Source of the DNA: Phoronis australis
Taxonomy: Eukaryota > Animalia > Phoronida
Direction: 5' to 3'
Assembly (NCBI GenBank): GCA_002633005.1
Contig: NMRA01000220.1
Span: 337,640 to 401,639 of the forward strand
Length of the DNA: 64,000 nt
Part shown: piece by piece, positions 56,401-64,000 of the stretch
Layout of the letters: each line of letters opens with the position of its first letter
Position numbering within the stretch: the stretch's first letter is position 1
Program-made: the position numbers and the translations under genes
Notes under the pieces: generated by a model
What the model was told of the DNA's origin: nothing
Seen by the model: the letters and a program-made list of their open reading frames with translations, nothing else
Database searches by the model: none

Positions 56401-58773
56401 GAGCCACTGGCCAGGATAACAAGCGTTTTGTGTTTAGAACTCAGAAAATCACAAGTCTAAACAACACAGATCTAGGTTCTCCTGTCTGTATCTCACGGAA
56501 AATACTTCGAAATTATCTCCGAACACACCCCAAACTCCTGCTACGGACCTTATTGGCCTGCAGAACTTTGTAGGCTACGGTGTGTCCAAATACCAATAAA
56601 TCCCGTAACAGTGAAATAAAACAACACGTTTTTGTAAAAACTCGGTGTATTTTTAAGGGTTTTACATCGAAGTTTGATGATTTATTGATGTTAAACGATG
56701 ACTCCAAGCGATAAGCTGACACCAGTAACCCGTGTTGTGAACTGCTGAACAGACTGCGTGTGAAACCGATGACGTAATTGGATAATTTCAACACCTCCGT
56801 CTGCCGTCAGGTGTCAGGTAACGCAACCGCACGTGTCGTTATGGAGTAGAACTACTCGATCTAAATTGATACAAATTAGGTTGTTTTTTGGGTGGCATGC
56901 TCCTTTAAGGCTTGGTGAAGGAGTTTATACAATGGCCGTTTTTTGGTGGCCAGAATTTTATTTTCGTAGCATATTTTTCAAAATTCCGTGGGCCCCACGA
57001 CACTGGTCCGACGTACCGACACCCAGTGAGTCTCAACCTTTGCATGGAAATGCTTTCGATGACTCTTATTGGTTGTTGTTTGTGCATTTCTCACTTAGAT
57101 GAATATCATTGCTTACTTTTGGTAGAAGTTTGAAATCGGGTAATTTGCCGACGTGGGTTTTACACGGAGGCAGATATGGAGCACCCTGACCTACTTTTTG
57201 GTTGTCCTCCCTACCTACTGAGAATGATGACCGCCGCGTTGAAACTCTTTGAGTATGAGTTGCAGGGCGTTTTGGTGGTCATGCCTCTCCAATCAGGTAG
57301 TGAGGATCATGTCACCTGACGAACTCATGCGATTCCCTTTGTCAGTTTAGGTTCTGAGAGCTGAGTGTGAAAGACACAATCTCCTATGGTCAGTAGACTG
57401 CATTGTTATTACTATTGTTGTTATTTTTCCAACAATGTAGGTCCACATTCCAGGCATTGTCATAGGCAATGACCATCGCCTCTGTTGGCCCGAACCAGAG
57501 GCGATGTGGAGGCTATAGGCGCTCTGTACGCCGGAAGCTTTTCGGCGAATTATGCCTCCCACCGACTAAACCATCAAAGTCACGTTGTTATAAATACCTT
57601 TTGCGCATAGAGGAACACCTTAGGAGGTTGTCGATGTGTTTAAGTCCTTCCAACTCGAACAAATACTCCGGTTATGAAACTTTTTCTTCGACCAGTCTCT
57701 ATTTCAGTTCCCAAAATCGTGAAATCAAAAGAAGTTGCGATCCTACCGGCGAACTTTGAAAGCTGAAGTTCCCGCCCTTTGCGTACGTGCTGCCGGGAAC
57801 CAGCCGTGCATTTGCCGTGTTGTTTAAACATTAAAATGTCAAATATGTGCACAAANTTTCTTGAGTAATTGTTATTCTATGCCAATTTGAAACGACAAAA
57901 TTGTACGTACTGACTTTTCTTCGTCGGCTTTGTTGACTCTAAGGTCAATATCTTCGCACAGGAATGTTCAATCGGAATGTTCTTTTTTGCAAATTATTCA
58001 TCATAAAATTTTCTTTAAAATGATGTATAACATGTCTGTCTAGGTTACGTAGATTTGTAACCATAACATTTCAAACTCACAAATTTGATTTGACAGAATT
58101 TTTACCAAAAAAATTGACACAAAAACACTATTTTCTCCGGAACCGTAAGTCCGATTTAAAAATTTTTTGCACCGTTCTTTTAGTCTCGTAGAGAGCTTTC
58201 TTGTGATGTATATTACATGCACATTTTCAAAAATTTTTGAAAAATGCTGTCCTCGCTAGCAATGGTCATTGCCCAGAATTGTCATAGCTTGCACGTTTCC
58301 TTGTTGCAAGTCAGTGTTACACAAGTAGATGCAGCAACATCCCCGGTAAATTCTCATACGAATATGTTCGCAAAACACTTTTGGACATTTGTATCACTAC
58401 ATGGATTGCTCAGTGAACGTTTTTCTTCATTTCATTGTGAACGTCATGACAAACTTGACAAAGCTACGGGCACGGACCGGGTTGCATATGCCTATGAATC
58501 AGGAACCGATACATCCGACCAGTGCCGTTGAGACTGGTTTTCCAAATCAGGAACCGCTATAATCAACGACTTAACGACTTTACCCGGCTGTCAAGACGTG
58601 GTTGGAGATAATAAGGCCACAAATGAAAGCGGTCTACCCGGGCTGCATTGACAGACTTTTGTTTTGAGGGTTCTGGTCAGAAAATCTGCCAAATAACGAA
58701 TATTAAAACTAATGCTGTTATTGAAACAACCACTGAAATGATTTTCACATATTGCTCACCTCACTAGCTTCAT
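41390..58773 (-). CDS. SNRPD1: Small nuclear ribonucleoprotein Sm D1: complement(join(41390..41484,45442..45633,46626..46702,58760..58773)), 125 aa
   Basis: MKLVR|[26 protein letters not shown]|[52 protein letters not shown]...|RG-repeat tail. All introns GT-AG; 378 nt in frame. Confidence 0.95.
42805..45069 (+). mobile_element. Kolobok-like non-autonomous DNA transposon with decayed THAP-domain ORF (Sm D1 intron 3)
   Basis: TTAA|AGGAGAATGCCACCC...GGGTGGCATTCTCCT TIRs; frameshifted THAP remnant (VVPAC...[17 protein letters not shown]...[11 protein letters not shown]). Confidence 0.8.
43023..43536. mobile_element. MITE nested in the THAP ORF of the Kolobok-like element
   Basis: TIR CAGGGCTTGGAAT/ATTCAAAGCCTTG; TATGAA duplicated on both sides; repeated CGCGGAAA motif; absent from the sister copy at 55221. 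Confidence 0.85.
45442..45633 (-). CDS. SNRPD1: Sm D1 exon 3
   Basis: cttcag acceptor; Sm2 motif IRGNNI; donor GTAAC. Confidence 0.95.
46626..46702 (-). CDS. SNRPD1: Sm D1 exon 2
   Basis: ttacag acceptor; [25 protein letters not shown]; donor GTAGG. Confidence 0.95.
47311..49212. mobile_element. Tc1/mariner-superfamily (Tc2-like, CCGTA termini) non-autonomous element
   Basis: TA|CCGTATTCGCCGTAATAACCGC ... GCGGTTATTACGGTGAATACGG|TA: 22-bp TIR with 1 mismatch and TA TSD. Confidence 0.8.
47359..47752. mobile_element. Truncated copy of the 43023-type MITE inside the Tc2-like element
   Basis: Colinear with 43130-43536; ends ...GGAAAATTCCAAGCCTTG; left end missing. Confidence 0.8.
50927..51303. 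other. Assembly gap
   Basis: N run. Confidence 1.
52419..52952. other. Assembly gap
   Basis: N run. Confidence 1.
54706..54804. repeat. Minisatellite, ~20-bp unit
   Basis: tcctgtttaaat(g/a)... repeated 4-5 times. Confidence 0.8.
55221..56904 (+). mobile_element. Second Kolobok-like copy with THAP remnant (Sm D1 intron 1)
   Basis: TTAA|AGGCTAATGCCACCC...GGGTGGCATGCTCCT|TTAA; colinear with 42805-45069 minus the nested MITE; ORF 55386-55637 includes [15 protein letters not shown]...HLRVCG. Confidence 0.82.
58760..58773 (-). CDS. SNRPD1: Sm D1 coding exon 1 (14 nt)
   Basis: ATGAAGCTAGTGAG|GTGAGC encodes MKLVR in phase 2, fitting exon 2; intron 1 is about 12 kb. Confidence 0.9.
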
Positions 58774-59394
58774 GATTGCATCGATTTATGGACCAAACAC
58801 ATCTACCGGCGAATCCGTGAATGGCGACCTTCCGTACAGGAAACGTTACCTCGCTCTCAGATATAAACAAACAAGGGAGATAACTCTACTACGGCACCCA
58901 GACAGATGAGTCAGCGTCTGGATGGGGCCTTGTCATTCTGCGTAGTGGTACCGGTCATGTTACCCTGGTATCCCCACATGCATGAAAGTAATTTTCAATA
59001 TTGCAAGTCCCTTCGAATGTTGTATTTATTGCAGACTACCAAATACTATATTTTTAGGCCTACTTATTGACGCTGTAACCCGGGGAATTTCCCGGCCTGA
59101 GGTCATTTTCAGCCCGCCGCAGCTACTGATCAACTCGACCGTGTAGCATTTCGAGCATCATACTCAAGAGACAACAGAAAAGGAGACAGTGACTGTTTCA
59201 AATCGTGCAAGTGAGTGTCTGATACGTTATTTGTGAATTGGTAGAGCCCGGCCGGCGTCCGGAATCAGTGCATCCCGGACGCCGCGGCTATTCAGTGTCG
59301 GAGTGCGACTTGTCACTCGATGTAGGCTATACATGTAGCTAGGCTTTGCAGCATACCCGTCTTCCCCCATCACCGGCCGTGACACTTCAAAAGA

Positions 59395-59650
59395 CAAACG
59401 AACGGGCCTTCCCCCCCATTTAGCGGAGTGGGCAAGAAGGTCCGCCTCAGAGAAACGAATGAAGTCCGAAAAACTGAAGTAGAAGACGAGACGGCAGGAA
59501 CTAACAAAATTCGGTGAATGCACAATTCATATAGCTCTACGTAGCCTACGTACCGGCCGTTTTTTTTGTTTTTTTTTAGTAAAATAAGTAAAAGATCCAC
59601 ATTTTCAGAAATTCAAGCCCCCATTCAAAGTTAGACTGAGTGCGCGCATG
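59395..59650. repeat. TGCGCGCATG-end repeat family copy
   Basis: aaggtccgcctcagagaaacgaatgaagtccga...tgcgcgcatg. Confidence 0.65.
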
Positions 59651-59820
59651 TCTTGCTCGAGGGTTAGCTCACCAACTACGTTGCATGTTTTTTCTAATAT
59701 GGGCTTCATCCAGGCACCGAAATGGCCTCAATCAATATCGAAATCTCCGAGTAAGAAATTCGACTCTTCCGCAATAGAAATTCCCACAGACCCTATAAGC
59801 CGACGGCCATCCGGTCCATG

Positions 59821-60040
59821 CATGGGCGGCGCACCATAGGGGGCTGGGGGGCTATAGCCCCCAATTTCAGTCACGTGCTGCGTTGGCCTCGGTCTATGGG
59901 CGTCGCACCATATAGGGGGCTGGGGGGGGGGCTGTAGCCCCCTACTAATTTCAGTACTGCGTTGCCCATGGTCTATGGGCGGTGCACCACAGGGGGCTGG
60001 GGGATTTAGCCCCCCGGCCCCCCACTTTTTTCGGTGCGGC
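59821..60040. repeat. Head-to-tail trimer of the CATGGGCGG MITE
   Basis: Three ~75-bp units each starting (c/t)atgggcg.cgcacca...gggggctggggg. Confidence 0.75.
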
Positions 60041-60698
60041 CTAACACGGGTTGGCTGCTTTTTTATGAAAAGAATCTTTCTTTGAAACGCTCACCGGTGG
60101 AGATCGCGCAACTCTACCCGAGTTTGCGTAACTCTCGATCCGAATCTGATTGATATCACGCTGCTGTAGTCATATATACAATATCGCCTCAGGCTGCTGA
60201 TATTGTTGCTCCTTGGATAATCAGACCTATAATAAACACACTGGGGGCAACAATAGTATTTTTAAATTTTCGTTTTCAAAGTTTTTAAATAAGAGCTTTG
60301 AATACTTCGTGAGAAGTACATACGTGATAAGATTTTTTAAATTTTGAAAATCGAACTGACAAGAAATGTGACGATAACAACCGAACTGTTCTTAAACCGT
60401 AATGCATTGTCATAATAGTAGGCCTATGTCTCTCATTAATTCTGCTGGGTGTGCAAAGAAACGATTGGGCCACATTTACCGAATCAGCAGGCACCAGTTG
60501 GATATTGAAGTAGGCCTAAGCCAGCAGATCACTGGCAACCGGCTTAGGTCTTAACGGTGGGGTTCTAATTTTCGCAACCGGCGATGCGCGGCTCGTGTCA
60601 AATCACGATAGATGCGTGCACCCAGCCTTTAATATGGGAGGGCTCGAATCTATGACAAAGTGCCGGGACAAGTGGGAGCACTAAAAAAAACGGTTTAC

Positions 60699-60851
60699 CA
60701 AGGGGCGAATCCAGGATTTTGAGGTGGGGGGGGGGCAGGGCAGAGTATTAGCCAGGATTTTGCCACCAGACATTCGCACTCCCCTACTGCCAAATGGAAT
60801 CTGGGATAATTTGGGGGGCCATGGCCCTCTTAACCCCTAAATCCGCCACTG
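60699..60851. mobile_element. MITE, same family as 5298-5458 (opposite orientation)
   Basis: Reverse-complement match across the full length (cagagtattagccaggatttt, gacattcgcac, aaatccgccactg). Confidence 0.8.
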
Positions 60852-60861
60852 GTACCACCTT

Positions 60862-61013
60862 CAGGTCTGTGAACTGTGCCTTCTTAGTGGACTTTTGTTT
60901 GTCTCGTTTTCTGGGACTTTTTGTTTCTCTGAGACTGACCTTTTTTACCCACTTCTCCAAATGAGGGGCTCCTTCGAGCCCTCCCGAGCCCTCCCTGTGT
61001 CATATGCGCGCAT
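60862..61013. repeat. TGCGCGCATG-end repeat family copy
   Basis: ggactttttgtttctctgagac...tgcgcgcatg. Confidence 0.65.
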
Positions 61014-63934
61014 GCGATGCTGTTACCTCATGTGACCAGAGAGGCTAAACCAATATACGTATTGCCCATGGCGTTTAATGGAAATCTATCCTGTATACAC
61101 CCCGGGGGTCACTCATATTGGCAAGGTGCCCACAGGAACCCCCCCCCCCATACATTGCGGGTGGTGCCAGGTCTGCTAATTCCCACCCCGAGGAAATGAA
61201 AATTTAGGGGCCTATGGACCCCGCGCGGGTTCTGCAAAACTTGCCTAAAAAGTACTCCCTACACGCAATTTTGGTTCACACCTGCGGGCACGTTGTGAAT
61301 ATGAGTGATCCCTCGGGTATACAGGCAGTGGAACAGCCAGACGGCTGAACCAGAGCCTAATCCGCAGTGAATCAGTAACCGAGACCACTTATTGTTTCTA
61401 AAGCTGCCAAAAGATGTCAGAACATGCAATCTCGTAAGTGGAGTTGCTTTACATTCCAAATTTAACTGATTAATATGATAACAATGAATATTTCTGTAGA
61501 GTTTTAACTTTATACGTTGTTGATACATAACGCAGCGAAGTTACATAAGAAAAATTGAATAGTGAAACTTGGAAATGTTTCTGTTTGCAATTATACACCC
61601 GTTTTGTGCGCGTCAGACAATCTATATCAGGAAGAGATCTCTTCCTGTCTATATTGATGTACACACTCGCATTAATCACTCTCATAATATTCCTTACTTC
61701 TTTTTGGGGAAGCTGGTAATAAAACTGGCTTCGTAAAATGCTGATTAGATACCGCGTAAGTTATCTAACCTATTTACGATGAAAACCAGGCCGCTTTCAG
61801 TATTTTTGGTGTCTAGTATGCTGAATGCCAGTCTTTGGTTCACGCTACCCCTTACAGTTTGTTCCAGCACCACCTATATATTTTAGAACCAAACTTAACA
61901 GCGTGACTGGGAATGAGCGCTTCACCCACACTACCCTTTTTCGCGTTTTGCGGACACATTTCTTTGGTCGCGGACTGCCGTGAGCAACCTTGTTCATGCA
62001 CATAACTCTCTATAGTGAGCCTCTTATCTGCAATATTAGCTTGCTGACATAATAAGAGAATCTTTTGAAACAATAGTTTTAAGGCTATGCAGGGCATTAT
62101 CGCCAAGGAGAGTCAGACATTTAGCCGAAATAAGTCTACAGAACTATACAGCCGATTTCATAAAGGTGTCGGGTTTAAGAAACCAGGTTTTAAGACTTAA
62201 ACCTGGTTATCCTAAACCCTAATTTTAGACCTAACTTGCATTTCACCAACGTGGTTTATAAGTCTGAAAGCCTGCTTTTGTTAGTAAAATCAGTATCTAA
62301 GCTACCCTGTTGTGTCGTTCTGGATAAACCCACCAAAGAAACTACTGAATTGATTTACTGAAACCTTGATCACGTGGGTATACAATGGCACACACTAGTA
62401 GAATCAGTGCAGACCTTTGCGAAAAAGGTCTAAAAGCTTTTCTCACGAGGAAAAATGTAATGTCTGTGCCCAACACATGTACACATTAAAGTACATGCTG
62501 ACGATTAGCCACAACATGATAAATGTTCGAATTTATTTCCGAGCCATTTTAGTTTTTATTTTTCGCGGTCAAAGGGGTGGGGGGCAAGACCCTTTTCCGG
62601 AAACATTAAATCTGAGACCAATGGAGGTGGAACTCAGAAGAAGCAGAAGATGCTATCTTCAGTCAAATCCGTAGCGCTTACGACGATGACGCCCTGCTCG
62701 ACCAGTCGTATTCAGAGGCCGAATCCAAAGGATACCATCCAGCTCGTAGCCTATAATTCGAATTGAACTGATTTAACGTATGCGTATTGGAAAATTTAAC
62801 TTCAGAATTAAAATCATTCTATACTAACTCAGTGTATAACATGATGGATGTAGGAACGGTATTTTCCTTAAGTAGACGGGAGCGAGTTTGTTGACACTTT
62901 TTAACATAATTGACACTGAGTATGAAAATGTCTTCTCTATAGTCATCCAGATTGCGCCTACTAAGTTGACTGTGCAGTATAAAATCAGTGCTGCAAAGTT
63001 TGTCAGCATGCGTCTATCTTAATCACGTAACGTCTTATGAAAATAAGACCACAGATATCTAGCCTTGGAATGCCAGCTTCTCGCGCTATACGTACTGAGG
63101 GTGCACCGCGCATGCGTGGAATTTGTTTGCGTTCGTTTTTTGTAGTGTTGGCATTTGGTATGAAATTTACTGTTAATACAACTTTTCACAGCTCCGCCGT
63201 TTTTCAACCTAACTGCGTAAGAGTGGAGCCATTGACAAATTCTTGATGGTGTATAATTATACGAAAAACGAAGGATCGGTAATTATATTCATAAGTAATT
63301 ATCATTTCGCATACCTGACAGGTTTAACAAATACTTTTTGATTCTAAAAAACATGAGTGTTACGACGGAAAAAGTGAAAATCAGTAGAGTGTAATAGTAA
63401 CACAAAGACGTTATATGAATGACCAGTTAAACCAGCAGGGAAATAATATCAATGATTAAAAAAATTTATACTTTATAAAGATTAGAATATGGAACTTTCA
63501 CACTTGCTGTGAAGAATTTAGTCAGGCAGTCATTAGAAATTATAAATCTTTAGAAATTAATTGGATCTTTGATGTCGTTTGATACAATTTTCTTCAGAAA
63601 AAAAATAAATCAGGATGAGTGACGTTTGCAAAAAATGATAAACTAAATTCTCTAATAACTATGTTAACAATCCAAATTTGTAGAAGAAGGGTATCTGATA
63701 GATAAAAACTGGGCAAACACCTATTACGTAACTTTGACATATACTGCGGATAGCTCATTACATTGTTTGTAGTGTAGGACTTTCCACAAAAGTTTATAAA
63801 TAAACTTATTTCACCAGAAACTACAAATTAGTGAGCTTGGTACGTAAGCCAGTGTGTATGTCACCGCAAACAAGAGACAGTGGAACACAATCATACGATT
63901 ATGTTATTAAAAAAGCGGACTTTTTTCGAACGGA

Positions 63935-64000
63935 ATACGGGGGGGGGGAAGAGGCCATGCCACCCTAGAATTCCCCCAGATTCCATTTAGCAGTTCGGAG
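63935..64000. mobile_element. Partial copy of the 5298-type MITE at the window edge
   Basis: ggccatg...aattcccccagattccattt.gcagttc matches 5327-5370. Confidence 0.55.

Noticed and set aside
62560-62760. Coding-looking acidic stretch (WNSEEAEDAIFSQIRSAYDDDALLDQSYSE)
   Set aside because: No clear splice acceptor or start and no recognisable homology; too short to call

Overview
Eukaryotic (bilaterian invertebrate-type) genomic window, intron-rich and repeat-rich, with two N gaps (50927-51303, 52419-52952). Three protein-coding genes are supported. (1) An 8-exon G-protein alpha-o gene (+, 2379-22782, 354 aa). (2) A single-coding-exon F-box/LRR-like gene (-, 31268-32560). (3) A 4-exon Sm D1 gene (-, 58773-41390, 125 aa), whose last exon appears twice across a 1-N junction, probably an assembly artefact. 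The rest is dominated by non-autonomous DNA transposons: TTAA-targeting Kolobok-like elements with THAP remnants, a Tc2-like element, several CA-terminus MITE families with 5-6 bp TSDs, a self-nested foldback cluster in Sm D1 intron 1, and Helentron/HINE-like elements. The most notable observations are a HINE-like element carrying a phased array of about 8 CTCF-like motifs, the self-nested palindromic cluster, a two-state hairpin in G-alpha-o intron 7, and a possible decayed secreted/GPI-anchored gene broken by a MITE. No clearly novel protein system could be demonstrated from sequence alone.
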